DNA from: Candidatus Sumerlaeaceae bacterium
Lineage (GTDB): Bacteria > Sumerlaeota > Sumerlaeia > Sumerlaeales > Sumerlaeaceae
Direction of reading: 5' to 3'
NCBI GenBank assembly: GCA_049968255.1
Contig: JBMFRB010000006.1
Coordinates: 167,800-231,799 of the forward strand
Length of the DNA: 64,000 nucleotides
A program made the translations under genes and the position numbers. Below, one piece after another: positions 38,001 through 48,915 of the stretch. The notes below the pieces were generated by a model. The model did not search any database and was not told the origin of the DNA. It was given only the letters and a program-made list of their open reading frames with translations. Within the stretch, counting starts at the first letter, position 1; each line of letters opens with the position of its first letter.

Positions 38001-39203
38001 ATGTCGGGGAAGATTCAACGAGAGGACGAAAGCGTATCGCAGCCGAGAGAGCGGCCGGGACTCGGCTTGGTTGAGACAAAGTACGTTGATCTATGCCAGG
38101 ACGGCCTCGAACTTGAGAGCGGTGTGCGATTCGGTCCGATCACGGTCGCCTATGAGACATACGGTGAGCTTTCGCCCACTCGCGACAACGTCGTGCTCGT
38201 GTGTCATGCGCTTTCGGGGGGAGCCCACGCGGCGGGATGGCTTCCCGGCCAGAAAAAGCCGGGGTGGTGGGATATCATGATCGGACCGGGGAAAGCGTTC
38301 GATACAGATAAGTATTTTGTGATTTGCTCGAACGTGCTCGGCAGTTGTTATGGCACAACCGGGCCGAGTTCTCTCAACCCGCGTACGGGCAAGCCGTACG
38401 GTTTGAGCTTTCCGGTCGTGACGATTCGCGACATGGTCAACGTGCAGGCGCGATTGCTGGATCATCTGGGGATCTCTCGCGTGCTGTGCGTGACGGGTGG
38501 CTCGATGGGCGGAATGCAGGCGCTGCAATGGGCAGCTGCTTACCCGGAACGGGTGCAATCCGTGATTGCCATTGCGACGACTTGGCGACATTCGGCGCAA
38601 CAGATCGCTTTCAACGAGGTCGCGCGCCAAGCCATCATGGCTGATCCGGCGTGGAACAAGGGCGATTACTATGACGGCGAGGGGCCACGCATGGGCCTGG
38701 CTGTAGCGCGCATGATCGGTCACATTACCTACCTATCCGACATCAGCATGGAGCGTAAATTTGGCCGGCGTCTTCGCAATCGCGAACGTTATGGTTTTGA
38801 CTTTACCTCGATTGATTTTGAAGTGGAGAGCTATTTGCGCTATCAGGGGCAAAGCTTTGTCGAGCGCTTCGACGCCAACTCGTTGCTCTATTTGACCAAG
38901 GCCTTGGATTATTTTGACCTGACGCAGGGAACTGGGGAGTTGAGAGAAGTTTTCCTTGGCACGAAGACGCTGTTTTTGCTCATGACTTTTTCTTCGGACT
39001 GGCTCTATCCCCCGCAGCAGTTGAAGGAAGTGGCGCATGCCGTGCGCCGTGTGGGCGGCGACGCTACTTACTGCGAAATCAACAGCGACTACGGACACGA
39101 CGCATTTCTTCTCGAACACGCGACGCAGGCACCACTTATCTCGTCGTTCCTTGAGCGTGCCAGCGGGCTCTTTTTCGAAGGAGACGGCGGTGAGGGAATC
39201 TAA
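38001..39203 (+). CDS. metX: Homoserine O-acetyltransferase
   Basis: [29 protein letters not shown] and GHDAFL. Confidence 0.96.
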   Translation: MSGKIQREDESVSQPRERPGLGLVETKYVDLCQDGLELESGVRFGPITVAYETYGELSPTRDNVVLVCHALSGGAHAAGWLPGQKKPGWWDIMIGPGKAFDTDKYFVICSNVLGSCYGTTGPSSLNPRTGKPYGLSFPVVTIRDMVNVQARLLDHLGISRVLCVTGGSMGGMQALQWAAAYPERVQSVIAIATTWRHSAQQIAFNEVARQAIMADPAWNKGDYYDGEGPRMGLAVARMIGHITYLSDISMERKFGRRLRNRERYGFDFTSIDFEVESYLRYQGQSFVERFDANSLLYLTKALDYFDLTQGTGELREVFLGTKTLFLLMTFSSDWLYPPQQLKEVAHAVRRVGGDATYCEINSDYGHDAFLLEHATQAPLISSFLERASGLFFEGDGGEGI

Positions 39204-39786
39204 CAAGAAATTTATTGAGGATTGGATAGTGGCGCACACGCCTGAGCACGCCCGCGTGCTGGATGTGGGATGTGGCGACGGCCGGCTACTTGAGCACCTT
39301 GTGAAAGAGAAGAATGCGAGAGGAACTGGAATCGAGCTCGATGAAGCAAACGTGCGTCAAGCTATTCAGCGTGGCCTGAGTGTGCATCATGGAGACGCGG
39401 AAGAAGGCCTCGACCACTACGCCGATGACGGCTTCGACATCGTCATCTTCAGTTTGACGATCCAAGAGCTGGGTCATCCCCAGCGGTTGCTGCGTGAGGC
39501 GTTTCGTGTAGGGCGCCAGCTCGTTGTGACGTTTCCCAATTTTGGGCATTGGCTCGCTCGTTGGCAACTCGCCGTGCTTGGGCGTGCACCTAGCACTCCG
39601 TGTCTTCCCTACACGTGGTATGAAACCCCGAACCGCCATTATCTGACTGTGTTGGACTGGGAAGAATTTATAAAGGCAGAAGGCTGGCGAGTGCTGGATC
39701 GTGCATTTGTAAGCAATGGCAGCGAGGTGCGATGGCTGCCTAACTTGCGCGCCGAGGCCGCGATGTATCTGCTCGAGGAGGGCTGA
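39190..39786 (+). CDS. metW: Methionine biosynthesis protein MetW
   Basis: [17 protein letters not shown] and [10 protein letters not shown]; overlaps the end of metX. Confidence 0.92.
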   Translation: MRESNKKFIEDWIVAHTPEHARVLDVGCGDGRLLEHLVKEKNARGTGIELDEANVRQAIQRGLSVHHGDAEEGLDHYADDGFDIVIFSLTIQELGHPQRLLREAFRVGRQLVVTFPNFGHWLARWQLAVLGRAPSTPCLPYTWYETPNRHYLTVLDWEEFIKAEGWRVLDRAFVSNGSEVRWLPNLRAEAAMYLLEEG

Positions 39787-39869
39787 GGCCAATCGTTGCA
39801 CGTCTCACCCCACGCCGGCATGGGCGGCGAAGAGATCCTGGCAATGCCTGAGGAGCAAAACAGCAATCT

Positions 39870-41786
39870 TCAGAGCAAAACTTTGCTGATCCCGAGGCGT
39901 TCCGCCACCCGACGCAGTCGCATCAGGACATTGGAAGTGTCTGGCAGGCCCTGACGGGCGTACTGGCAGGAACGCACAGCATCCATACGCATGCCGCGGT
40001 ATTCGTAAAGTTCGGCGAGCCGCACAAAAAGTTCGGCTTGCTGCGGCGCAATCCGAAAAATCGCCTGGCGCAGATGCCAAGTAGCAAGGGCGAAGGATTG
40101 GGCACGCTCGAGCTCGCGAACGAGCAGGAGACGGAGGACAAAATGGTTAGGATTGTTCGCCACACCAAGGCGCAGAATTTCCTGTGCGCGCGAAGGGATG
40201 TTCGTGTCGCTATAAAAAAGCGCAAGTTGCTCATAAAACGTCGGCACGTAAGGATTTGCTTTGATGGCATGTCGGTAAGCTGTTTCCACGCGTGGGGCCA
40301 GAGCAAGAAGGGCTCGCGAATCCCCAACAGCGCGCTCTTGATAATGTTGAGCCAACCGTGCCCATCCTTCCGCATAGAATGGGAAAATGAACACAGCACG
40401 TTCAACGCGCTGGCCGTAGTTCACGTCGGAAAGAGCTTCCCCTTCGCGGCGTTGGGCAAGGGCCTTGGCGCGGTGCGGCATGGCTTGGAGGGTAAGGAGG
40501 ATGAGGGCCGTCACGCCGGCAACAGATGTACGCACCGCAACTCCCAAACGCGAAGGCTCGTGGCGCATCAATGCGGCGCTCAATTTCCCTCTTACGCGAG
40601 GCGTGGCCGTGGCATGCTGCTCAGCGAGATTCCATTTCTCGTAGAAAATGCGCATAGGATCGCGGACCGCAACCAAGCTGACAAATGTGCCAACAATCGC
40701 CCACAGAAAAACCCAGCCCCAAGGTTGAGCAAGATCGTCCGTCACAAAAAGTCGCGCGAATTCTAATAGAACGAGGGTCAGATAGACGAGCACGCTGAGC
40801 CGCAGCCGCCGGTTGGGAAATAACTGCCAGCGACGTAAAACAAACACCGGCACTCGCAACCATGCTGCAGCGAAGAGAACGGTGCCAACGGCGCCCCATT
40901 CACACGGGATTCGTGCGAAAGCTGGTACCACTGGCGGTAGCTCAAGGTAGCCGACTGGCCGAAAAGACGCGGCCATCCAGGGCCACGTCCCGACTCCACC
41001 GCCCGTAATCGGATAGGCAAGAAAAAGGCGCCGGACCGTCGAGAGGAGTAAGGCCTGTGTAAATGCCCAATTGCCGAATATGCCAAGGCGATACGATTCG
41101 AGAAGAGCCAGGAGAGTCTGAACGATCCACACGGATATGCCGACGAGTATCGCCCCTGACCACAAAACAAAAACGAGATTTGCTGGCTTTTGCAGAAGAA
41201 AAAAAGGCTGAGCCAGCAGAATCACTAATCCGAAAGTGAAGGCGAGGCTCTGCATGGCCTCAAGCGAAACAACGGCGGCCTGAGCTGCTTCGTTAGCGGG
41301 GGCCGGACGCGACAGCAGATGCTCAGCCCCTGCCCACAGTCCTAAACATACGGCCAAGGCCACAAGGTTGAAACTTCGCAGGCGACGGAAAAACAGATAG
41401 CGACCAAGGAGATAGGCCCACACGCCGTCAAGCATCCACGTAAGCGCAAGCGCTGTTGCGCCAGGCGCTTCGCTGTAATGCAAGGAAGCGGCCGAGTAGG
41501 CAAAAAACACAGCGACGAGGAAATCAAAGTGAGACCAGTAAAGCGACTGGCGCCCACTAAGATTGTGGGCCGCCATACTCCCCACGAACCCTGCAGCGAG
41601 GAGTGTGTGGGCGAGCAAGGGCTGAAACCCCAAAGGGTCGTGGCTGAGTGCTAAAAGAATGAGCGCCCCGCCAAAGCACAAGAGAGCGAACACGTCGAGA
41701 AGAATGACGGTTAGATCCGCACGGGTGATTTTCAGCGCTTCACGATGGCTCACGGCGCCACATTTGCGGTTCGAAGAACGTAGCAT
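39870..41786 (-). CDS. Membrane protein, O-antigen-ligase-like, with C-terminal TPR repeats
   Basis: Multi-TM with [11 protein letters not shown] and EWGAVG motifs and a TPR-like tail ([10 protein letters not shown]). The track extension to 42620 is an antisense shadow of maeB. Start is 41786 or 41753. Confidence 0.65.
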   Translation of the reverse strand: MLRSSNRKCGAVSHREALKITRADLTVILLDVFALLCFGGALILLALSHDPLGFQPLLAHTLLAAGFVGSMAAHNLSGRQSLYWSHFDFLVAVFFAYSAASLHYSEAPGATALALTWMLDGVWAYLLGRYLFFRRLRSFNLVALAVCLGLWAGAEHLLSRPAPANEAAQAAVVSLEAMQSLAFTFGLVILLAQPFFLLQKPANLVFVLWSGAILVGISVWIVQTLLALLESYRLGIFGNWAFTQALLLSTVRRLFLAYPITGGGVGTWPWMAASFRPVGYLELPPVVPAFARIPCEWGAVGTVLFAAAWLRVPVFVLRRWQLFPNRRLRLSVLVYLTLVLLEFARLFVTDDLAQPWGWVFLWAIVGTFVSLVAVRDPMRIFYEKWNLAEQHATATPRVRGKLSAALMRHEPSRLGVAVRTSVAGVTALILLTLQAMPHRAKALAQRREGEALSDVNYGQRVERAVFIFPFYAEGWARLAQHYQERAVGDSRALLALAPRVETAYRHAIKANPYVPTFYEQLALFYSDTNIPSRAQEILRLGVANNPNHFVLRLLLVRELERAQSFALATWHLRQAIFRIAPQQAELFVRLAELYEYRGMRMDAVRSCQYARQGLPDTSNVLMRLRRVAERLGISKVLL

Positions 41787-41912
41787 GGCAAGAAAATAGG
41801 CGGTCGGCATGGCTCGCGCGAAGCGACACTTGCAAAGGCAGGTTGGAGAATAGAATCGTTGCTGGCGAGACGGCAAACTCTCGCCTATCTCGGGTCGAGG
41901 AGAAAGAAATTC

Positions 41913-44153
41913 ATGACTACACGCGATGAAGCTCTTGCCTATCATAGCAGGCCGCCCGCAGGCAAAATTGAAATTCGGCCGACAAAACCTTGTCTCACGC
42001 AGCGCGATCTGGCGCTGGCTTATACTCCCGGCGTGGCAGAACCGTGCCGCGAAATCGAAGCGAACCCCGAAGAGGTGTTTAAGTACACGGCTCGCGGAAA
42101 TCTTGTGGCCGTGGTGAGCAATGGCACAGCGGTCCTGGGTCTTGGTGATATCGGTCCGCTGGCTGGCAAACCCGTGATGGAAGGCAAGGCTCTGCTGTTC
42201 AAGCGCTTTGCCGATATTGATGCCATTGATATTGAGTTGGCCACGAAGGCCCCAACGGAAATCATCCGCACCGTCCAACTTCTCGAACCCACCTTCGGCG
42301 GAATCAATCTGGAGGATATCAAGGCGCCGGAGTGCTTTGAAATCGAGGAAGCGTTGCGCGCGACAATGCAGATTCCGGTGTTTCACGACGATCAACACGG
42401 GACTGCAATTATCTCTGGTGCAGCACTGCTCAACGCGCTGGAGCTCGCAGGGAAACGCATTGAGCAAGTGAACATCGTGTTCAGTGGAGCCGGAGCAGCC
42501 GCCATCGCAACGGCGCGCTTCTATTGCCTTCTTGGAGCCCGCAAAGAGAACATCACCATTGTGGATTCCAAAGGGGTAATCTACGTGGGACGCAAAGAGG
42601 GCATGAATCGGTGGAAGCAAGAGTTTGCCACCGAGACGTCGGCACGCTCGCTCGCTGAGGCTATGCGCGGTGCGGACGTGTTCGTGGGTCTTTCGGTGGC
42701 GGGACTTGTGACAGAGGAGATGCTCCGCAGCATGGCCGCGAAGCCCATTGTCTTCGCACTGGCCAATCCCGATCCGGAAATTCCCTACGATGTCGCGAAG
42801 GCGGTGCGGCCCGACGCCATCGTGGCCACGGGACGGTCAGATTATCCTAATCAAGTCAATAACGTTCTGGGGTTCCCCTTCATTTTTCGCGGGGCCTTAG
42901 ATGTTCGTGCGCGTCAGATCAATGAACAGATGAAGGTGGCAGCGGCAAAAGCGCTCGCGGCGTTGGCCCGTGAGAGTGTTCCGGAGACAGTGGCAAAAGC
43001 GTACGGTCTGGAAACCATCACATTCGGGCCGGATTATCTTATTCCCAAGCCATTGGATCCGCGAGTTCTCACGTGGGTGGCTCCTGCAGTGGCCGAAGCG
43101 GCCATTGAATCCGGCGTGGCGCGGCACAAGCTGGACATCGCCAAGTACCGCGAGGCACTGGAAAACAGACTTGGGCGCTCACGCGAAATCATGCGCATCG
43201 TGTTCCATAAGGCTCGCACGGCACCCAAACGGGTTGTGTTTGCGGAAGGAAGCCATTCGAAAATTCTTCAGGCCGCGCGACAGCTTGTGGATGAAAAGAT
43301 TGCCTCTCCTATCTTGCTTGGCGATCCTCCAGCAATCGAAGCCCAAGCTGCTCGACTTCAAATTAGCCTCACAGGAATGCGAATTGAAAGTCTTGCGAAT
43401 TCGCCAAACCGCGACCGATACGCACGCCGCATATTCGAGTTGCGTTGCCGAAAAGGTGTGACGCTGAGTGAGGCTTTTGAACTCGTCAGGGATCCCAACT
43501 ATTACGCGTCGGCTATGGTCGAACAGGGGGATGCCGATGTGATGATCTCCGGAATCGAGTATCATTATCCGGATGGGCTAAGGCCGCCGATGCGGATCAT
43601 TGGGGTTGACCCCAAGCATAAAACGGCGGCAGGCGTCTACCTCATCATCACGAAGCAGCGCACGCTGTTCTTCGCCGACACGACAGTGAACATTGATCTC
43701 GATGCCGAACGCATGGCGCGCGTGGCGGTGCTTACGGCAAATCTGGCGCGGAGCTTTGGAGTGGAGCCGCGCGTGGCAATGCTAAGCTTCTCGAACTTTG
43801 GAAGTGTGCGCCACCCACGGACGGAGATGGTGCAGCAAGCTGTGAAGATGGCGCGCCAGTTGGATCCTACGCTCCAGGTGGATGGGGAACTTCAGGCTAA
43901 TACGGCCCTCAATGCAGAGCATTTGAACGAGACTTATCCATTCAACATCCTCGGAGGCGAGGCGAACGTGCTCATTTTCCCGAATTTGGAGGCTGGGAAT
44001 ATCGGCTACAAACTTGTGGCACGCCTTGCCGATGCAGAGCTTGTGGGCCCGATTCTTGTCGGCATGAAGAAGCCTGTCCATATTCTGCAGCGAGGCGATG
44101 AGGTAAAGGATATTGTCAACCTTACAGCCATCGCTGTGATCGGCGCACAGTAA
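41913..44153 (+). CDS. maeB: NADP-dependent malic enzyme with PTA-like domain
   Basis: [35 protein letters not shown] and a C-terminal PTA domain ([16 protein letters not shown]). GAGGAG RBS. Confidence 0.96.
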   Translation: MTTRDEALAYHSRPPAGKIEIRPTKPCLTQRDLALAYTPGVAEPCREIEANPEEVFKYTARGNLVAVVSNGTAVLGLGDIGPLAGKPVMEGKALLFKRFADIDAIDIELATKAPTEIIRTVQLLEPTFGGINLEDIKAPECFEIEEALRATMQIPVFHDDQHGTAIISGAALLNALELAGKRIEQVNIVFSGAGAAAIATARFYCLLGARKENITIVDSKGVIYVGRKEGMNRWKQEFATETSARSLAEAMRGADVFVGLSVAGLVTEEMLRSMAAKPIVFALANPDPEIPYDVAKAVRPDAIVATGRSDYPNQVNNVLGFPFIFRGALDVRARQINEQMKVAAAKALAALARESVPETVAKAYGLETITFGPDYLIPKPLDPRVLTWVAPAVAEAAIESGVARHKLDIAKYREALENRLGRSREIMRIVFHKARTAPKRVVFAEGSHSKILQAARQLVDEKIASPILLGDPPAIEAQAARLQISLTGMRIESLANSPNRDRYARRIFELRCRKGVTLSEAFELVRDPNYYASAMVEQGDADVMISGIEYHYPDGLRPPMRIIGVDPKHKTAAGVYLIITKQRTLFFADTTVNIDLDAERMARVAVLTANLARSFGVEPRVAMLSFSNFGSVRHPRTEMVQQAVKMARQLDPTLQVDGELQANTALNAEHLNETYPFNILGGEANVLIFPNLEAGNIGYKLVARLADAELVGPILVGMKKPVHILQRGDEVKDIVNLTAIAVIGAQ

Positions 44154-44210
44154 CGTGACGTGCGAACATGTGGTGGTGTTGTTACAATAAAAACAGGTGG
44201 AGTTGGCGGC

Positions 44211-45113
44211 ATGCGTGTGGCCATAACAGGCGCAACGGGTTTCATTGGACGAGCTCTCGCCACAGCGCTTGAACAACAGGGGGTAAAAGTGTGGCGACTG
44301 GTGCGGCGGCCTAGTGGCGCGCCCAACGAGGTCGCGTGGTCTGTTGAGCAAGGTGTTCGCGAACCTGCTAAAGTGGAAGGTTGCGATGCTGTAATTCATC
44401 TTGCGGGAGAAAGCATTGCGGGCGGTCTGCGTTGGTCAGCCGCGAAAAAAGCGCGAATCCGCGAGAGTCGGGTGCGTGGCACAGAAAGATTGGTCGAATC
44501 GCTGCGGCAACTCGCACAACCGCCGCAAACCCTGCTCTGTGCTTCGGCCATTGGCTATTACGGCGACCGCGGTGAGGAGATCCTGACCGAAACAAGCGCG
44601 CCGGGCCCTAAGGGATTTTTGGTTCAAGTCGCACGTGAGTGGGAGGCAGCTGCGCTGGAGGCGAGCACGTTTGGAGCACGAGTGGTGAATCTGCGTTTCG
44701 GCATTGTGCTTGGCCAAGAAGGCGGCGCTTTGCCACAAATGTTGCCGCTTTTTCGTTGTGGACTCGGTGGGCGCCTGGGCTCAGGGCGGCAGTGGTGGAG
44801 CTGGATTTCCATTCGCGACGTTGTTGGCGGCATCTTGCATGCGCTCGTACATCGGGAGCTTCAAGGTCCCGTGAACTTCACAGCGCCCGCGCCCGTGCGC
44901 AATGTGGAATTTACACGTGAGCTGGCGCGCTCTTTGCGTCGGCCAGCCTTTTTCGCTGCACCGGCATTCGCCCTACGGCTCATCATGGGACAAATGGCAG
45001 AGGAAATGCTGCTAGCAAGCACCCGGGTCCTCCCTGAAAAGCTTCAAGCTACGAGCTATCGCTTCGTGCATCCCTCGCTGGATGTTGCCCTGGCTGAACT
45101 GCTTCGTGCTTAA
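44211..45113 (+). CDS. TIGR01777 family NAD-dependent epimerase-like protein (YfcH type)
   Basis: ITGATGFIG, HLAGESI, SAIGYYG and GLGGRLGSGRQW.SWI. Confidence 0.9.
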   Translation: MRVAITGATGFIGRALATALEQQGVKVWRLVRRPSGAPNEVAWSVEQGVREPAKVEGCDAVIHLAGESIAGGLRWSAAKKARIRESRVRGTERLVESLRQLAQPPQTLLCASAIGYYGDRGEEILTETSAPGPKGFLVQVAREWEAAALEASTFGARVVNLRFGIVLGQEGGALPQMLPLFRCGLGGRLGSGRQWWSWISIRDVVGGILHALVHRELQGPVNFTAPAPVRNVEFTRELARSLRRPAFFAAPAFALRLIMGQMAEEMLLASTRVLPEKLQATSYRFVHPSLDVALAELLRA

Positions 45114-45274
45114 GGTTTTGCGGGGACGAAGAAGTAGGCATGACACGTCGCCCAGCAGAGATGTACTTTTAGCTTGCCTTTGGGTTGGATGCTTCCGAGC
45201 ACAGCGTACGGCTCATGCGGCATGCCGCTGCTGCGCAAGACTTAGCGCAAAATTTTTTCGAAAGGTGAGCTGCC

Positions 45275-45847
45275 TTGGCTGAGAATTTCCCGATTGAACG
45301 TGTGATCATGGAAGCGGACGACCTTGCGCGGGAACTAGCACTGCTGGCCGCCACGCTTCACCGTGACTTTCCGCACGACCCGCAACTTGTGCTGCTGGGC
45401 ATCAAGACGCGCGGCATTTTCCTGGCACAGCGTTTGGCGCAGTTGATGGAAGCGAATCATGGGCAAAAAGTGAAAACGGGCGAGATAGACATCACGCTCT
45501 ACCGCGATGACCTTTCGACCCTTGGGCCGCAACCTGTGGTGGGCAAGACAACGATAGACTTCGACGTGACGGACAAGAAGATCGTGCTCATTGACGACGT
45601 GATCTTCACGGGGCGCACGATCCGCGCGGGGCTTGACGAGATTGTGGATTTTGGCCGGCCGCGCCTGATTCGTCTGCTTGTGGTGGTGGATCGCGGGTTG
45701 CGCGAGTATCCAATCCAACCGGACTATGTGGCACGGCGCATCGAGACCGATTACTCGCAGGTGGTGCAGGTGCGTCTGACCGAGGTGGACGGCGAGGATC
45801 GCGTGGTTTTGTGCCGCTTGCCCGGCGCCGTGAGCCCCCAAAGTTAG
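45275..45847 (+). CDS. pyrR: PyrR / uracil phosphoribosyltransferase
   Basis: GIKTRG, DITLYRDD, IDDVIFTGRT and DRGLREYPIQPDYV. Confidence 0.93.
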   Translation: MAENFPIERVIMEADDLARELALLAATLHRDFPHDPQLVLLGIKTRGIFLAQRLAQLMEANHGQKVKTGEIDITLYRDDLSTLGPQPVVGKTTIDFDVTDKKIVLIDDVIFTGRTIRAGLDEIVDFGRPRLIRLLVVVDRGLREYPIQPDYVARRIETDYSQVVQVRLTEVDGEDRVVLCRLPGAVSPQS

Positions 45848-45909
45848 TCCGCAGAACAAAAAATAAACTACGTTCGTTCTCGGTACGCTTTGGCGGAACA
45901 TTTACGGAT

Positions 45910-45985
45910 GCTGGCGTAGCTCAGCTGGCAGAGCAGCTGACTTGTAATCAGCAGGTCGTCGGTTCGAATCCGACCGCCAGCTCCA
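45910..45985 (+). tRNA. tRNA-Thr(UGU)
   Basis: GCTGGCGTAGCTCAGCTGGCAGAGCAGCTGACTTGTAATCAGCAGGTCGTCGGTTCGAATCCGACCGCCAGCTCCA; anticodon TGT. Confidence 0.97.
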
Positions 45986-45989
45986 CTTT

Positions 45990-47135
45990 TCATATCCACT
46001 CGATGATCACCAATTTGCCCATGGCACGGAGCTTTTCGGCTAACAAGGGAACGATTTGCTGACGCCGCAAGATCCTCATCTGGAAAAAAGGCTGCGATGC
46101 CGTGGCGGGATTTTCGGATTTCCCCACCAAGAAAGTGATGTGGTCCGCCCGAACGAATTCCTCGTAGAGCTGGACCACCACGTTACGCTCTTCGATAGCT
46201 CGTGGCGCGGCGTCGAGCAGGTTATAGAGCTGGTTGAGGCTGACTGCACCTTCTGTGGCGTAGTCCACGCCGTCGAGCAAAAGGCGGGGCGGGCAATACG
46301 AGTGAAGTGATTTAGGGTCAACGATGGCTTCCGTGCCCAGTACGCGCGCGACAATTCCTGCCGTGGTCCCGCCACACACGATTTTGCATCCTTCGGAGGA
46401 CAAGAATTCCCTGACAACTTCCGCGTCCCTTGCTGGATCGCTGGGAGGACCGGTGAGAACAACAACGCGCCTAGCCCGTCGCAGGAGAATGAAGACGGCG
46501 GTGGCATCGTCTGTTTGATCCGTAGCCGACAGCTCCTGTGCCCGCTTGACGAGAAAATGCGGCAAGCGTCGCAGCGACTCTGTGGCAAGAAAGAATTCCC
46601 CTTCGCGGCGGATGCCCTCGATGCCCCATCCCCAAGGCAATCCGTGACCAACACCAGCTTGAGTGACGCCGTCAGAAAAGAGCAAAAGGCCGTCGTTCTC
46701 TCTTAGTTCGAAACCATACTTGGCTACGAGGGCCCCGCCAAGGGAGACGTGCTCGGCCGGAACAGGATGCAGCCGTCGCCTCGAAAGCATGAGTGGCTCG
46801 GGCATCTCGTAAGCATAGACGGTGGCAGCGCCCGAAGGCATAAAATGGGCCACCGAGAGGGCCGACCACAAGGAGAGTTGGCGGCGATTTTCTTCGAGGG
46901 TGCTGATAACGTCGCCGAGCGCATGGACGAGCGGGGTGGCGCACTCGATCTTTGCTCGCAAGCGTGTGAGAGCGAAATGGGCCGCCAGATTTGCGCGAAT
47001 GCCACTCTTGAGGCCGTCACCCAGCATGACATAGGTGGCTTCGGGCTGGCGCAGCGTCACCACCACGTCCCCACTTGGGCTGTCGGGGATTTTGGGGATC
47101 TGGGCATGCTCTATTTCAGCGTAAAGGCTTAGCAT
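45990..47135 (-). CDS. SpoIIE/PP2C-type Ser/Thr phosphatase, hydrogenase-associated
   Basis: SGD, GDGLKSG, FSDGVTQAG, DDAT and C-terminal TGPP..., KIVCGGTTA, TEGA. Start trimmed to ATG 47135. Confidence 0.88.
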   Translation of the reverse strand: MLSLYAEIEHAQIPKIPDSPSGDVVVTLRQPEATYVMLGDGLKSGIRANLAAHFALTRLRAKIECATPLVHALGDVISTLEENRRQLSLWSALSVAHFMPSGAATVYAYEMPEPLMLSRRRLHPVPAEHVSLGGALVAKYGFELRENDGLLLFSDGVTQAGVGHGLPWGWGIEGIRREGEFFLATESLRRLPHFLVKRAQELSATDQTDDATAVFILLRRARRVVVLTGPPSDPARDAEVVREFLSSEGCKIVCGGTTAGIVARVLGTEAIVDPKSLHSYCPPRLLLDGVDYATEGAVSLNQLYNLLDAAPRAIEERNVVVQLYEEFVRADHITFLVGKSENPATASQPFFQMRILRRQQIVPLLAEKLRAMGKLVIIEWI

Positions 47136-48909
47136 GATTGGCGTGCATGGCACTCGGTTGCAGGTCGATTGCGTGTGGTTCGACAAGGGCCGCTTCGAGC
47201 AGGTTTTTGACAAGTTCTTCGCCGTGCGCAGTGTGCTCAGCCAGAAGCCTCGTGATATCCTGCGCCATACGCACCTGGTGTTCGAGCAACTGGCGACTGC
47301 GCTCGAGGGCCTCCCGATGAATCGTGGCCAGGCGCTCGCGATTAAGGTTGCTTTCGGTGACATCCACAAAGATCCCCACGATCTGCTCGTCTTGTTCGAG
47401 CGCGTAAACGATCTGGTGGAAAATGCGGCCGTAGCGCGGCTCTGGTGCGGTGCGCTCGACTCTTGCGGCCCGGCCAGCAAGTACTTGCTCGAAAGGTGTA
47501 GCATCCGTCAGGTAAGAGATGTGACGCCCTAAGATGACATTTGAGCAAAGAAACATTTTCTCGAAGGCTGGATTCATCGCGATGATGCGCAGCTCATTGT
47601 CGAGAATGACAATGCCATTGGGGCTTGTCTCCATGATGCGATCCACTCGGCGCTCGGCGAGCAGGCGCATGCGCGGCATGCACATTTCCGGCTCAGCCAG
47701 ACCGCGGACGACGGCGAGGGCTTTTTCGCGGCACGAGCGATAACCGCAAGCGCCGCAATCTAGTTGGTCGCGCGGATCAATTTTACCGATGCGGGCCAGA
47801 GCTCGGCGAATTGCGTCTTCAGTGGGGACGGTGCCATCAACCGCATGCGGCGTGTAGCTAGTAAGTAGCCAAGGCTTCCAGTCCGGCAGCGGCGGCGTGC
47901 TTGGAGATCTGCTTGGGCCATTGCTCTGGCGTGCATGACTCAGCACGCGCAAGCGGCGCTGAAAAACACTCTCCTCGTCTGTGATGCCGGGGCCACCGAT
48001 GCAGCCGCCATTGCAGAAGAGCGGCTCGACAACGGTGAGGCGCTGCGGCATAGGCGCTGCAAGACACTCCTGCAGCGGCTGGACACCCGAGATGCTGAAG
48101 ACTTCAGGTGTGAGCAGGTCCGTTGGCAAGTCGGAGGCGTGAAGATGGCCTCCGGCCACAGGGAAAAGGCGGCCGCGCGAGGACCCCTCCTCATCAAATC
48201 GGCTTTCTTCCAACTGGTCGAATCTCAGGCCCTCGCGCTCGAACCACGCACGAAGTTCGCCAAACGTGAGCACACAGTCCACTAACCCTTGGTGCACCGC
48301 ACGCTGAGCTTCGAACTTCTTGGCCACACAGGGTCCGATGAAGACCACAGCATCGGCGCCAACTTCGTTGCGTAGGTGCCGCCCGTGGGCGATCATCGGC
48401 GACACGATGGGTACCAGGACGTCGACCGAGTGGGGAGCATAGAGCTCGACATAGCGAACGACCGTGGGGCAGGCGCTCGTCACGACAAGCGTAGGGCCGT
48501 CGTGCTTTTCCGCAAGCCACTGGGATGTGGCACGAGCCACAGCATCAGCCCCGACCGAAGTTTCGGCCACGTAGGAAAAGCCTAGTTTGCGCAACGCACT
48601 AGCGAGCCGAGGTATTTCGTGCTCGCCAAATGCCGCTGGATAAGTCGGCGCAACGCTCGCTGCGATTTTCTTGCCTGAGGCCAGCAGCTGCGCAGCCCAA
48701 GTCGTGTCGTCGCGGATGACCTTTGCGTTCTGGGGGCACTCTCGGACGCAGGTGCCACAGAAGAGACAACGTTCCTCGACGACCTGGGCTTGCCCGTCCT
48801 TCATCCGGATGGCCTTGACCGGACAGACCCGTACGCAACGGTAACAGTCGCGACACTTGGCGCGATTAGTGGAAATCAGCGGGGTTCTATTTGGGGCAAG
48901 GCCATTCAT
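47116..48909 (-). CDS. hydS: Group C sensory [FeFe]-hydrogenase with PAS domain (HydS-like)
   Basis: Two N-terminal 4Fe4S motifs, H-cluster variants TSACP, GPCVAKKFE and EPLFCNGGCIGG, then CGACGYRSC and a PAS domain (SPNGIVILD...MNPAF). Confidence 0.88.
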   Translation of the reverse strand: MNGLAPNRTPLISTNRAKCRDCYRCVRVCPVKAIRMKDGQAQVVEERCLFCGTCVRECPQNAKVIRDDTTWAAQLLASGKKIAASVAPTYPAAFGEHEIPRLASALRKLGFSYVAETSVGADAVARATSQWLAEKHDGPTLVVTSACPTVVRYVELYAPHSVDVLVPIVSPMIAHGRHLRNEVGADAVVFIGPCVAKKFEAQRAVHQGLVDCVLTFGELRAWFEREGLRFDQLEESRFDEEGSSRGRLFPVAGGHLHASDLPTDLLTPEVFSISGVQPLQECLAAPMPQRLTVVEPLFCNGGCIGGPGITDEESVFQRRLRVLSHARQSNGPSRSPSTPPLPDWKPWLLTSYTPHAVDGTVPTEDAIRRALARIGKIDPRDQLDCGACGYRSCREKALAVVRGLAEPEMCMPRMRLLAERRVDRIMETSPNGIVILDNELRIIAMNPAFEKMFLCSNVILGRHISYLTDATPFEQVLAGRAARVERTAPEPRYGRIFHQIVYALEQDEQIVGIFVDVTESNLNRERLATIHREALERSRQLLEHQVRMAQDITRLLAEHTAHGEELVKNLLEAALVEPHAIDLQPSAMHANHAKPLR

Positions 48910-48915
48910 TGGCGG

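Noticed and set aside
41787-42620. Extension making a 916-aa ORF
   Set aside because: Mirror of the maeB 5' region; membrane-protein character starts only near 41786.
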